From Geosiphon pyriformis uo1 (Eukaryota > Fungi > Glomeromycota), in assembly GCA_016748015.1 (NCBI GenBank), contig JAAOMT010000193.1:1-64000 (forward strand): a DNA stretch of 64,000 bases, read 5' to 3'. The position numbers and the translations under genes were made by a program. Below, piece by piece: positions 24,189 to 38,314 of this stretch (position 1 is its first letter; each line of letters starts with the position of its first letter). Below the pieces are notes generated by a model, which did no database searches, had not been told where the DNA came from, and saw nothing but the letters and a program-made list of their open reading frames with translations.

Positions 24189-27100
24189 TTAGATTTGTCT
24201 TATTCACAATAAATCGTCAGCATTTCTGTTGTCTTTTCCTTTTTTGTAATGTATAGTATAATTGTATGATGCAAGTGCCATTTTCCATTTTGACTGTCTT
24301 CCATCTCCAAATTCTTGTTTTTGGAGTGATGTTAATTCCTTGTGATCTGTGTATACTTCAAACTTCTGGTTCAAGTATTCTTTTCATTTCATGACGGCCC
24401 AATATATTGCTAAGTGTTCTTGTTCCAGTGTTCCATAGTTCTTTTCGGCTGGTGTTAAACCTCTGCTGGCATATACTACTGGATGTTCTCTGCCATCCAG
24501 TCCTCTTTGAGATAATACTGCTCCCAATGCTTGGCTGGATGTATCGGTGGTAATGATGAATGGTTTGTTGTAATCTAAATAGATCAGTACTAGAGCTTGG
24601 ATGAGCTTTTTCCTCAGAATATCAAAAGCTTCTTGTTGACTTTCTGTCCATTCATATTTCACATTTTTGTTTTGCAGTTGATTGAGTGGCTGCGCTATCT
24701 TGGAAAAGTTCTTGATAAAACAACGATAGTAGCTGGCAAATCCCAAGAATGATTTCAGTTCTGTTATATTGGTCGGCACTGAAAAGTTCTTTACTATCTC
24801 TATTTTCTCTGAATCCATTTTGATGCCATCTTTGCTGACTATGTGTCCCAAGAATTTGAGTTCTGTCTTGCCAAAGAAGCACTTTGTCATATTTAACTTT
24901 AGTCCTGCTCTTCTTAGTCTTTCAAACACTTGTTGAAGATGATGAAGATGATCATCAAACATTTTTGAGAATACATTGGTGTTGTCCAAGTATACAACTA
25001 CTGATTTCCACAATAAGCCAGTATAAATAATTTTCATTAGCTGTTGGAAAGTTGCTGGGGCATTGGTTAAGCCAAATGGCATTACTTCAAATTCAAAATT
25101 CCCTTCTCTAGTAGTAAATGCCGTTTTCTCTTTGTCAGCTGGATTCATGGCTACTTGCCAGTAACCACTGTTCAAATCTAATGTGGAGAACCATTTGTTC
25201 CCACCAAAAGCATCAAATAATTCTTGTATTTGTGGAGTTGGATAACTGTCTCCATGAGTTACACCATTGAGTTTCCTGTAGTCTACACAAAACCAGATTT
25301 TTCCATTTTTCTTATGGACAAGTACCACTGGTGACAACTATGGGCTCATTGATAGTTGAATTAGCCCATTGTCAAGCATTCTGTTTATCTCTTGATGAAT
25401 AATCTCGTGGCTGGCTGGCAGCACTCTGTATGCTCTTTGTTTGATTGGCATTGTATCTCCAGTTTTAATCTGATGCTGGATGATGTTAGTTTGGCCAAAC
25501 TCATTTTTGCTGGCAAAGATGTCATTGAAATTGTTGAGTAGCATTTTGAGCTGCATACATTGGAGTGGATCTAAGTTTCCCATGTTTATTTGTTCCAATT
25601 GTTCTGGTTGGAGCAAATAACATTTGTCTCATCCATAGATTGTCTGTGATGTGATGTCAACATATCCACAAAGTTGTAGAAAGTCTGGAATGGAGTTTGG
25701 TGGTTGGTCTTCTATTTCTGTGGTTAAATATCCGATGGTGATTCCTTCTGGTATGTTGATGACATTACCAGTGTTATTGTAGATGGGAATTTTTATGCTG
25801 CTATAGCTTTTGGCTGGTATGTAGAGATTGATCAACCCAATCTCTCCTGATTTACAAAGGGTTGCTTCCGCTTCAAAAATCTGTTCTTGCTTTTTTTCCT
25901 TCCTTTCTATTGCTAATATGTACTGGCTATATGGTGGAATAGAAATAGCTTGACCAGTTGAGATAATTTCTTCTTGGCCAACAATTTTTTCCTCCACTAT
26001 ATTAACTGGTACCTCTATTCTATCTGTTGATCCAAATCTTTGTATTCTCCTCGCTGTTATTCCCAATTCCTCACTCTTTCCCACTGACACTAACTGAGCT
26101 ACTCTAATCAAAGGCAGGAATATTGCCTGTGCTATCTTTTTGTTGGGCTCTATTATATAGGCCTTTTCTGAGTCATTTTGTAGCATGACGATGATATTTC
26201 CTACATATCCTGTGTCAATTATTCCTTCTTTTATATTGATTCCTCTTTTCGCTAAACTACTCTTAGATATTAATTGAACCATTGTTGTTGCCGGAATTTC
26301 TAGTGCTATTTTCAAATCAAGGCAGGTGCGTGAATGCGGTTCTAATTTGATGGCATTTTTTCCTGGATATCTCAGATCAAACCCTGTATTTATGTCATGT
26401 GCACATTCTGGCATAATACCTTTCCCATTGTTACTATACTATTTTAACTCTTGTTCTTTGGAGAGATCTGGTAGTGCAATGTATTGTTCATAGTTTAAAT
26501 TGGGTTTTGAATCTGAGTCTGAATCGTTTTTGTCGTCATTGCCAATTTGAATGGAGCTTGAACCGTTGTTATCATTGTCATCATTGGAGTTTAAATTGCA
26601 ATTGATCGGCGATTCTGATTCTGATGCACAGCTGCTGATTGGTTCTTTTTCTTTAGGGATTAAGTAGATCATGCGTGGTGGTGGATTGTAAATGAGGTCA
26701 CACTCATTACAATACTGGAAGTCACAGGGAATTAGACAGTGTTAACATAGTCGAGTGTTCAACTGCTCTAACCGTTGTTCTTGTTCTTCCCTTGTGGGTG
26801 CTAATTCTTGGTAGTGTTTGTGGAATTGCTCCAGATCCAGGAGGTTTATGATGGGTTCTGTGTCCCAGTCAAGCTCTAAAGGTTCTGGGGGGTTGTTTTT
26901 AATCATTTTTATCTCTTTTGGCATTGTCTCTTTGATTTTTACAAGTGCCATTTGCCAAATTTTGTCGTCATCATATGGACAACTGTCCAGTTGCTGCACG
27001 GCTCTTCTCCAGACTGCTTCTATTGGGGTTCTTTTCCTTATCCAGTCACTTATTAGAATCGTGTATTGACACGATATGTCACATGTTCCTCCACGTCCTG

Positions 27101-30100
27101 GGATGTCGTTCCATATCCCTTCGTCCAAGAGAGTCTTTCCACAAGCTAAGCATGGCTGATTGTCTCATTTCTCTACTCGTTTTGGTCTTTCAAAGTGTTC
27201 AAGAATGCATGGACAACAATAGAACCTAGTTGCCATTGAATATTTCTCATCGTTCCCACAGCATGTGCACATTAACGACAATTTCTTGCCACAATTGACA
27301 CATATCAGCTTAAGTTGACAATAAGTAGATTATTGTGGTATAATGTAGGTGTTATAAACGGTGGTGGTTTGGGTGGTCTCTTTTTCTTTCCCTTTTTTTT
27401 TATTTTTTTTGTCCTCTTCCCATTCCCAGCTTGACATTGGTCTGCTCTCGTCATTGTCAGTTCATGTCAGGTCATCAGTTTCCCAGATAAGTTCTTCCTT
27501 CTGTTTCCCTTTTCTCTTGTTGTTGTCATCCCAGGAGAATATTGGCGGTAGTTTGTTGTGCTCTTCGTCAGCCCACGATACTTGGTAGGCTTTTCTTTCT
27601 CCTCCTCCAGTTCGATCAATAGTTTCTCTCTTGGAGGCGTTTTGAAGTGGCCACACATGGCCAGAACACGTATGTGTTGGCCCTGATACGTTAACTGAAG
27701 TTTTTGGGTGTTTTAGTCTAACATTGCATTGACTTTGGATAGCCAGTCATTACCAACGAGAGCTTGGTATTGAGTGGCTTCCATTACTAGAACTTTAATG
27801 GGGGTCACGATGCCATTGACTTCAAAAGGAAATTCATCGATTTCACCGATTGGAGTTTTGGTCACTTCGTTAGCTATGATGATTCTGGTGCTGGCAGCTC
27901 GATCAACTCGGCAACCTAATTGATCCATGAGTTGTCGTGTAATTATACTGCTAGCTGATCTACTATCTAAGATGAGTTTGATGGGGTGACCATCAACTCT
28001 GGCATCCGTATACATTGCTGTTATGGGTTTCTCTTCAAGGGCAGCTCCACTGAATAACAGTATTAGTGTGTTTTCTTCGAGTTCGAAAGGAAAGATGGCT
28101 GCTAGGAATTCGTTGCTAGAGATGATTGCCAGTAGAATTGTGTTGGTAGGTACGTGCTGATTGGATTCTGTGTTGTTGGATGTGGCATTTTCTGGGGTCA
28201 CCAGGAGACTTAAATAATGTTGGGAATTTGGGTTTTGGACGCAACTGATATCCAAATTCTGGGTGCATGATCTTGATAGTAGGTCTAGTGAACAGGGAAT
28301 CGGTTGGTGAACAACCATTGCTGATCTCCAGTTTTGAGTGACTCTGAATTGAGGGTTGCCTGATGTCATTTGAGCTGGGTTCTGGGGTGGTGTTTGAATT
28401 GGTTGGGGTTGATAGATGATTTGTGGCTGTGGTTAATATATTACTTGTGACTGCAGCTGATAAATCGGAGGTTGATATACTGGCAGTTGATAGATGGGTT
28501 GCTGCATCATTGGCAGGTAATTATTCTGATATTGGTCTTAACTTTGATTTGGATAATGATTCGGAGTTTGGAACTGGCAATTGGGATTTTGATATTGATT
28601 TCCCGATTGTTGGTTATTTAAATGCTGGCGACAGTCAATTTAGATATGTTCTTGTTTACCACAATAGTGGCAGATACGTGTTTCCTGTTGCCACTGTTGA
28701 TTGGTTGATAAAAATGGATGCAGTTGATTTTGGCCATGATTATAATTTCCTTGATTATTGTGTCGTTGTGGAAACTGATAAATGGCGTGATTGTCAGCTA
28801 AGTATCCTTCCAATCTCTTATTAATTGATTCACTGAACTTCTCTAATTTGGAATCCAATTCAGATGATCCGTTTATTACTAGATTAACAGCTTGGGCATG
28901 GTTAGCCTCTAACTCAGCGGATTCAAAATCTCTGGCGCATGTGACTGCATCTTAAAGCATGCCAGGATGCAATGGATGTACATGTTGCAAGATGCTGCTG
29001 CATAGACCACAGATAAACTGGTTAAATATCTGTGATGCTGTGAAATAGTCATTGTCAATTGCTTAAATTTGGTGCAAGTTTTGATGGAAGCATCCCAGGT
29101 AAGTAGTAACTGCTTCAGTTTCTCCTTGTTTCATGGTGGTGAATGTATTGACTAGGCAATTGATGCTATTGTTGTTGCTGAAGTATCTTAGGAATTCCGC
29201 TTTGAAGGCATTGAAATCTTGTGGTTTATTAATCAAGCTCTAGTACCATGAATTGGCAATATCCTTGAGAAAGTAGGGAATGGCTTGCATTGTTCGAGCA
29301 TCATTCCATCCATTGGCTGCAATGGCCTTTTCTACATCATTCAGCCATATTTGAGCATCATCCTCTTCGCCAGTAAAGTTGTCAAGTTTTGCAATGAGTG
29401 CATAGGCCATTGGGTCTAAGTTAGGTAGTTGTGGTGGCTGTTGAAGTAGTTGTTGGGGTGGTAGTTAAAGTGGCTGCTGTATGGGTTCGGCTATGGGATT
29501 AATCGGCAGTTGATCGATGACAATTACTGGAGGTAAGTTTTGCTGATTAATTACTTTGGGGTTTTGATTTCTTGGATTTGGTGGCGTTTAAATATTCGGA
29601 GTTTTGATTTCCAGATTTTCTAACTGTTGCTGAGTTTGAATGTTCGGGGTTTCAACTTCCGGGTTTTCAGGGATTAGGTGTAGGTAAATGAATTCTTGAT
29701 CCTCTGATTCTTCTTCCTCCTTTTCTGATTTTGCTGCTTCCCATAGATTAGAGATTCTGAAATCTGGTGGAGACGATGGTGATCAAAGTCTTGATGGGGT
29801 TGATAATCACGAATTAAATTCCTCAAAGTATTCACCATATGGTCCTAACAATTCTGTTTTCCTTTGTCTACTTTGGAATAGGAATCATCCAAATGCTGAT
29901 ATCACAGTTGATAGAAATGTGTCAGTTGATGATATGTTGATGGCACTTTCAGGTGTATAGTGGTATGATGGATTACTTGGGGATTCAACTCTGTTTTTCT
30001 TCCAAGCAGGTGGCTGTATTTTTCAGGGTGTTACTGCTGGTGTTTGTAATTTTCCCTTGCCTTTACTAGCATATGTAATTAGATATCTTTGTTGAGTGTG

Positions 30101-30379
30101 GTGTTCAATTTCTTTGTTAATCTCAGTGATGATGGATGCAAAATTATGATTTGTTGGTAGGTTGGTGTTTTGAATTAATTCCTTATAGAAAGTTTCTCTT
30201 GCTGATTCAGTATTCACTGGTGTTCCTAATAAAGAGAAAATCTTTTTATTGATGTAGAAATTGAAGGCTGATTCGGCAGATATATGATTGTGATTTAATC
30301 CCAAGTATGGACAATAGTGTTGAAATAAAAATTTTGTGAATCCTAAATGGTTTGCTCCTATAATTTCTGATTCTGCCAC
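24189..30379 (-). pseudogene. E4 polyprotein (N-extension, Gag, CHYCGKQEH knuckle, PR, Cys-rich region, dUTPase at ~26020-26414, RT/RNase H at 24189-25337)
   Basis: ORFs 30023-30379, 28640-28858, 27713-28369, 26742-27128, 25629-26414 and 24384-25337 carry canonical motifs. Confidence 0.92.
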
Positions 30380-31325
30380 TTTTGGTTTGGTGTTGTTAGT
30401 GCTGGTTCTCTGTAGGATTATACCTCACAGGGAGCACCAAATGTTACAGGTGATTATTTCTGCTGTTGAATTAAATAACAAACCCATAACTTGGTGCTTA
30501 AAAGCTACTTCCATTGAGGCTGTTCTGCAGGTACTGTATCTGAAGATTTTGATGGATTTAAAGGTTTTGGTTGAATCCTTTGTATAATAGACAGAGATTC
30601 AATAGTGTCAATAGTAAAGATATTTTCCAAGAGTTTTCCCAATTTCTTTTTCAGCGTGGTGGCTGGATTTAGTCTGGCAGTTGTGCTCTTCTGATAAGCT
30701 ATCCAATAATATATAAAAATTCTACCCGTATTTCTGGGTCTTTTACCAGGCTATCTTTGACGTCAATAACTCAGCGCTTAATCATTTATCAATTAGTATA
30801 TAACAACAAATCAAAATAAAATAAAGAAAAAGAAATAAAAGAAAATAAAGAAAGCAAAGAAATAAGCCAAGGTGATTTGCAGATTAGTATCCCGTCAATA
30901 GTCATGATCAAGAGCTATTGTTTTAGCATAGTCAAGTATCAATTACTATCAACATGAAGGATTGATAGTGGGGAAGTGGATAGAGATATAAAATAATTAT
31001 TTATTTGATAATTGTGTTTCTAGGCTAAGGATTCTGTGATATCAATTCTGTTTTTTCTGTTTCTAACACTACTGCTATATATACATAATTGGGATTCCTC
31101 AATTCCTCGAGTCTTCACGATAGGAATTCTGGAATTCCTGAAATTCTGTGATTTCTTTGAGAGGAATCCTGAAATTCTGCAATTCTGCAATTTCTTGTTG
31201 GGAATCCTAAAATTCCTGGAATCCTGCAATTCCTAAGAGGAATCCTGGAATTCCATATTTACTACGCTTACTTCTGATTGGCTAATAATTATGCTAATAT
31301 ATTTCCTATATTTCTATGAGTAACA

Positions 31326-34300
31326 TCGGCTGGCATATGCTACTGGATGTTCTCTGCCATCTGGTCCCTTTTGAGATAGTACTGTTCTTAATGCTTGGTC
31401 TGATGCATCAGTGGTAATAATGAATGGTTTGTTGTGATTTGGATAGATCAGTACTGGAGCTTGAATAAGCTTTCTTTTCAGAATATCAAAAGCTTCTTGT
31501 TGACTTTCTGTCCATTCATATTTTGTATTTTTGGTTTGCAGATTATTGAGTAGTTGAGCTATTTTTGAAAAGTTCTTTATAAAGTGTCGATAATAGCTTG
31601 CAAATCCCAAGAATGATTTCAATTCAGTCATATTAGTTGGTATTGGAAAGTTCTTTACTATCTTTATTTTCTCTGGATCCATTTTGATGTCGTTTTTACT
31701 GACTATGTGTCCCAAGAATTTTAGTTCTGTCTTGCTGAAGAAGCACTTTGTTGCATTTAACTTTAGTCCTGCTCTTCTTAGTCTTTTGAACACTTGTTGA
31801 AGATAATGAAGATAATCATCAAATGTTTTTGAGAATACATTGGTGTCATCCAAGTATACAACTACTGATTTCCACAATAAGCCAGTATAAATGATTTCCA
31901 TTAGCCATTGGAAAGTGGCTGGAGCATTGGTTAAGCTGAAGAGCATTACTTCAAATTTGAAATTCTCTTCTCTAGTGGTGAATGCCATCTTCTTTTTGTC
32001 GGCTGGATCCATGGCTACTTGCCAGTAACCACTTTCTAAGTCTAATGTTGAGAACCATTTGTTTTTGCTGAAAGCGTTGAACAATTCTTGTATTCTTGGT
32101 GTTGGATAGCTGTTTCCACGAGTTACACCATTGAGTTTTCTGTAGTCCACACAAAATCAGATTTTTCCATTCTTCTTCCAGATGAGTACCACTAGTAATG
32201 ACTATGGACTTATTGATGGTTGAATTAGCCCATTGTTAAACATTTGGTTTATTTCTTAACGAATAATCTCATGGCTAGCTGGTAGTACTCTGTATGCTCT
32301 TTGTTTAATTGGCATTGCATCTTCAGTCTTAATCTAATGCTGGATGATGTCAGTTCGGCCAAACTTGTTTTCACTGGCAAAAATGTCATTGAAATTGTTG
32401 AGCAACATCTTGAGCTGCATATGTTGAAGTGGATTTAAGTTTCCTATGTTTATTTGTTCCAATTGCTCTGGTTGGAGCAAATAACATTCGTTTTGTCCAT
32501 ATATTGTTTGTGATGTAATATTAACATATCCACAAAGCTGTAGAAAGTCCAAAATGGTGCTTGGTGGTTGATTCTTTATTTTAGTGCTTAAGTATCTAAT
32601 GGTGGTTCCAGCTGGTATTACTATGACATTTTCTGTATTATTATAGATGGGAATTTTGATGTGGCTGTAATCTTTGGCTAGTATATGAAGATTGATGAGT
32701 CCAATCTCTCCTGATTCACAAAAGGTTGGTTCTGCTTCAAAAATCTGATTCTGTTCTTTTACTTCCCACTTTATTCCTACTATGTACTGGCCATATGGTG
32801 GAATGAAAATTGCTTGACCCGTTAAGATAATTTCTTCTTGGTTAACAATTTTTTCTTCTGCCATATTGACTAGTACATCTATTCTACCTGTTGATCTAAA
32901 TCCCTGTATTTTTTTTGTTGTTATTCCTAATTCCTCTCTATTTCCCACTAATACTAACTGCACTATTTTTACCAGAAGGAGGAAAATTGTCTGTGCTATC
33001 TTTTCATTTGGCTCTATGATATAGGTCTTTTCAGAGTTGTTTTGTAGCATAACAATGATATTTCCTACATATTCTGCATTAATTATTCCTCCTCTTATAT
33101 TAATCTCTCTTTTCACTAAACTACTCCTATATACTAGTTAAAATATTGTTATTGCTGGGATTTCTAATGCTATTTTTAGATCAATGCAAGTGCATGAATG
33201 TGGTTTCAATTTGATTGCATCTTTTCCTGGATACCTCAGATCAAATCCAGCATCAGTATTATGCATGCGTTCCAGCATAATACCTTCATTATTATCATTA
33301 TACTATTTTAACTTCTGTTCTTTGAAGAGGTCTGGCAGTGCAATGTATTGTTCATATTTTGGGTCGAAATTTGAATCTAAGTTGGAATCATCATCATTGT
33401 TATTGCCAATTTGAACAGAGCTGAAACTGGTGTTTTTGTCATCATCGTTGTCGGAGTTTGAATTAGGATTGAACAGTGATTCCGATTTGGATGTGTAACT
33501 GCTGATTGGTTTGATTTCCTCTGGAATCGTGTAGATTATGCATGGTAGTGGATTGTAAATGAGATCACACTCATTACAATATTGGAAGTTACAGGAAATC
33601 AAACAGTGGTCACATAATCGGGTGTTTAGTTGTTCTAAATACTGCTTCTGCTCTTCTCTTGTAGGTGCCAAATTTTGGTAGTATTTGTGGAAGTCTTCTG
33701 GATCTGTTTCTTTGTCCATGAAAGCATCTGGATTAGGAATATGAATGATATCAACTGGTTCTGGAGGATTGTTCTTAATTTCCAGTATTTCACTGAGTGT
33801 AGCACCTTCTACTTTGGCATTGGCCATTCACCAGATCTCCTCTTCATCATGGGGGTAACTGTTTAAATGATCAAGTGTTTGGTGCCATGCTGCTGTAATT
33901 GGGATAACACGACTTACCCAGTCACTAATGAGGATCGTATATTGGCACAAAGTGTTACACGTTCCTCCTCGACCAGGAATGTCATTCCATATTCCTTCAT
34001 CAAGCAGTTGTTCACTGCAAGCGAGACATGGTTCATTGTTCCACTTGCCCTGTTTTTTTGGGTAGCTATAGCATTTTCTATAGCATGGCTTACAATAATA
34101 ATGGGTTTGCATCCAGTGGTTTTTGTCTGGCACGATCTATGCTCCCATGGAAAAAAATTTCTTTTCACAGTCTTTGCATTTGAGTGGAATATATGGTGAT
34201 TGTGGTAGTGGCTCATGAACTGAGTATAAACTGGTCCAGCCACTGGTTATTTCACTGGTACTGGTGGTCTCTTCCAGTGTGGTTTCTTTCCCTTTTCCCT

Positions 34301-37300
34301 TTCTATTATCTTTCTCTTCCCATTCCCAATCGGCTGGTTTATTGTAGTCATTTTTTGTTTTCCAAGCTTGGTCAGAGGTCCAGATAAGTTCTGTTTCTTT
34401 TTGCTTTCCTTTAATGTTGCCATTCCAAGAAGGTACTGATGGCAACTTGTTATGGTCTTGGTCAGCCCACAAGACTTAATAAGCTTCCCAGGTAGGTTTT
34501 TTTGTTTCTTCCTCAAACTCGATGAGTAGTTGGGCGTTGCTTGGCTTAAAGTGACCACAAGTGGCCAGTGTTCGAGTATGCTGACCACCAAAGGTTAATT
34601 ATAGTTTTTGGGTGGTCCAATTAAGAGTAGTGTGGGTTTTTAACAACCAATTATTGCCCACGAGAGCCTGGTATTGTGTGGCTTCCATTACCAAGACTTT
34701 GATAGGTATGATAATGCCATTGATTTCGAATGAGAAATCGTTGATTTCGCCGATTGGAGTTTTGGTCGCTCCATCAGTAGTGATTATATGAGCACTAACA
34801 GCACGATCAACTCGGCGACCTAATTGGTCCATGAGTTGTTGCGTGATAATGCTGCCTACTGAACCATTGTCTAGGATTAATTTAATGGAATGGCCATTTA
34901 CTTTGGCATTAGTGTATATTGCTGTAATGAGTTTTTCTTCAAGAGCAGCTCTACTAAATAATGGGACTGGAATGGTTTCCTCAAACTCAAATGAAAAGAT
35001 GGCTGCTAATGTTTCATTTTTGGTGACCATTGCTGGTAGTATGTTGCTGGTAAGTTTTTGAATTGGGTTGGTTTCTGGGTTGCTGGGTGTGGCGTCTTCT
35101 GGGATAACCAGGAAACTTAAATAGTTCTGGGAATTTAGGTTTTGGGTGGCATCGGTACCCAAATTCTGAGAATGCAATCCTGATGGTGAGTTGGAGGAAC
35201 TGGAGATCAGTTGGTGAACAACCATTGCTGATCTCCAGTTTTGTTGTGTCATTCTTGGTCTTTGGGTTCTGTGTTAAGGTAAGTTTTGGGGTGGTGTTTG
35301 AAAGGTTTTAGGTTGATAGATTAATTGTGGCTGTGGTTGATAGATTATGGATGGCTGTAGTTGATATATTGCTAGTGGCTGTGGTTGATAAACTGGGGTT
35401 TGATATACTAATGCTTAATAAATTGGCTGTTGTGTCATTGGCAGGTAAGTGTTTTGATTTTGCTCTTGATTTTGATATTGATTCGGAGTTTGGAATCGGT
35501 AATCGGGGTTTCAATGTTGATTTCCTGATCATTAGTTATAAGCATTGCAGTTGGCTCTTATGTGGCCTTGTTTACCACAGTTGTGGCAGACATGCATCTC
35601 TGGCTGTCACTGCTGATTGGCCAATGTTAAGGGATGTGCTTGATTTTAGAAACGATTGTAGTTTCCCTAATTACTGTGTCTTTGGGGAGATTGATAAATG
35701 GACTGATAGTTGTTAGCTAAGTATCCCTTGATTTTCTGATTGATGGTATTACTGATTTGCTTTAATTTAGAATCCAAATCAGATGATCTATTCATTACTA
35801 AATTTATAGCTTGAGTGTGATTGGCTTCTAGCTCAGCTGATTTGAAATCTCTGGTGTGTGTGACTACAGCTTGAAGGTTGGCTGGGTGTAATGGGCATAC
35901 ATGTTGCAAAATGCTACTGTACAGGCCACAAATAAACTGGTTGAGAATCTGGGGTTCTGTAAAATACACAGCATTGATGGCTTGAATTTGGTGTAGGACT
36001 CTATGAAAGCATTCTAGGTATGTTGTGACTGCTTCAGTATTATTCTGTTTGATTGTGGTGAAAGTATTGGCTAGACAATTAATACTGTTATTGTTGCTAA
36101 AATATCCCAGAAAGGCAGTTTTGAATTGTTAGAATGTTTGTGGTCTGGCAGCTAAACTCTGGTACCAAGAATTGGTGGTTTTTTTAAGAAAGTATAAAAT
36201 CACCTGTAAGACTCTGGCATCATCCCAATTGTTTGCTATGATGAGACATCATTGATCCATGCTTGAGTGTTGTCTTCTTCACCAATAAAGTTTTCTAACT
36301 TGGCAATGGGTGCATAAGCCATTTGGTTTACGTTTAGTTGTTGTTGTGGCTGCTGTAGCAGTTGTTGTTACAGTGGTGGTTGCTAAGATGGTCTTTGTGG
36401 CTGTTGAATTTGCAGATTTGGTTGTTGAGGTGGCTGCTGAATGGGTTTGACTATCAGATCAATTGGTGGGTGATTGATAACAATATTTGGAAGTACATTT
36501 GACTGATTAATTAAATCAGAGTTTTGATTGTTTTGATTTTGCTGAGTTCTAATATTCAGAGTTTCAATTTCCAAATTTTTTATGTTTGGATTTCGCGGAG
36601 TTTGAACATTCGGAATTCCAAATTCCGAGTTTTCTGAAATCAGGTTTTGGTAAGTGAATCCTTGATCTTCACTTCCTTCCTTTTCTTCCTCTGATAATTC
36701 CCATGGAGTAGCAGCTCTAAAATCTGGTTGGGGTATTGGTGATCAAATTCCTGATGGCATTAGAGATCGTGATTTAAATTCTTCAAAATACATGCCATAT
36801 GGTCCTAGTAAGTCTTCTTTCTGTTGTTTGTTTTGGAACTGAAATCTTCCAAATATTGATGTTGTGTTTGATGTGGATGCGTCTGCTAATGAAATGTTAA
36901 TGGCACTTCCAGGTGTGTAGTGATATGATGGAGTGGTTGGTAATTCTACTCTGTGTTTCTTTCAACTAGGTAACTGTATTTCTTTTGGTGTTGCTGCTGG
37001 TGTTTGTATTCTTTCTTTACTTTTGTCTGCATAAGTAATGGAAAATTGTTGTTGTGTGTATTTTTCAATGGTTTGATTAATTTCCCTGATAATTCGGGCA
37101 AAACTGTGATTTTTTGGTAAACTGGTGTGTTGAAATAATTCTGTATAGAAATTTTCTTTTGCTGACTTGATATTAATAGTTTCTCCTAAACAGTCTGTGA
37201 TTTTATTATTGACATAATAGTTAAAAGCTGATTTGGCTGAGTAGTGATTACTGTTTAATCCTAATTGTTGACTGTATTGTTGAAACAAAGATTTTGCGAA

Positions 37301-37339
37301 TTCTAAGTGGTTGGCTCCTATAATTTATGATTCTGCCAT
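31326..37339 (-). pseudogene. E3 polyprotein (N-extension, Gag, PR, Cys-rich region, dUTPase at ~32890-33280, RT, RNase H start)
   Basis: ORFs 36962-37288, 35667-35969, 34599-35252, 33303-34472, 32334-33116 and 31314-32150 (YLDD). Confidence 0.92.
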
Positions 37340-37400
37340 GTTTGGATGGTGTTGTTGGTGCTGGTTTTCTGTAAGATTATATCTCACAGAGAGCACCAAA

Positions 37401-38314
37401 TGTTACAGGTGATTCTTTGGGGTGTTGAGTGAATAACAAACCTGTAACTTGGTGCTCAAAGCAATTGGTGACAATGATAATCTGAAGGTTTTCCAATTGA
37501 GTTCTTTGTATAATGGACAGAGATTCATTGATAACAGTTTATTAGTAGTTTTCTGAAACCATAGTTTTGTCAATTGCTTGCTCAGCTTGATGGTTGATGA
37601 TTCTTCTGGTATAATATCCTCCGTAAGTGTATACCAGTGTTGTTTCCTAATGTCAGTTTCTCTGTAAGTCCTCCAAGAGTAAGTATTGTTTAAGCAAGTT
37701 TATTCCTCTATAAGTCCTCTAAGAGTAAGTATTGTTTAAGTAAGTTTTATTCCTCCATAAGTCTTCCAAGAGTAAATCTTTTAATCAAGTTAGTAAACAA
37801 CAAAGAAAATAAAGAAAAGATAAAAGAAAAAAGAAAAAATAAGCCAAGGCAATTTGCAAGTTGGTATCTTGTTAATAGCCGTGATCAAGAGCTATTGTTC
37901 CAGTATGATTAAGTATCAGTTACTATCAACATAAAGTGTTGATAGTAAAGAATGAATTTGATATAGTGAATAATTATTTATTTGAGGATTGTGATAACTA
38001 AGTTAAGGATTCTTGGTGTCAATTCTCCCTTTTTCTGCTTCTAATACTACTGCTATATATACATATTTGAGATTCCTCAATTCTTCAATTCCTTGTAACA
38101 GAAATCCTGAAATTCCTGGAATTCTGCGATTCCTGATGAGAGGAATCCTGGAATTCTGGAATTCTGCAATTCTTCGCCAGAGAATTCTAAAATTCCTGGA
38201 ATTCTGTAATTCCTCTGAAAGGAATCTTGGAATTCCACATTTATTATGTCTACTTCTGATTGGCTAATATCTACTTGTTAATAATAATATACTTCCTATA
38301 TTCTATGAGTAACA
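37401..38314 (-). repeat. E3 5' LTR (family C)
   Basis: Direct repeat of 16554-17482, adjacent to the PBS. Confidence 0.92.

Larger units (their letters stand above)
20879..31325 (-). mobile_element. E4: best-preserved Ty3/Gypsy copy (family D LTRs), inserted into E3's RNase H
   Basis: LTRs at 30442-31325 and 20879-21720. TSD TTGG (20875-20878) / TCGG (31326-31329). Removing E4 restores the YAS..LT.AEKNY RNase H motif of E3. PBS at 30423-30441, PPT at 21721-21736. Confidence 0.93.
16554..38314 (-). mobile_element. E3: Ty3/Gypsy element (family C LTRs) inserted antisense into E2's RT; itself hosts E4 and a solo LTR
   Basis: LTRs at 37401-38314 (5') and 16554-17482 (3'). 4-bp TSD CTGA (16550-16553) / CTAA (38315-38318). 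PBS at ~37383-37400, PPT at 17483-17498. Confidence 0.92.
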
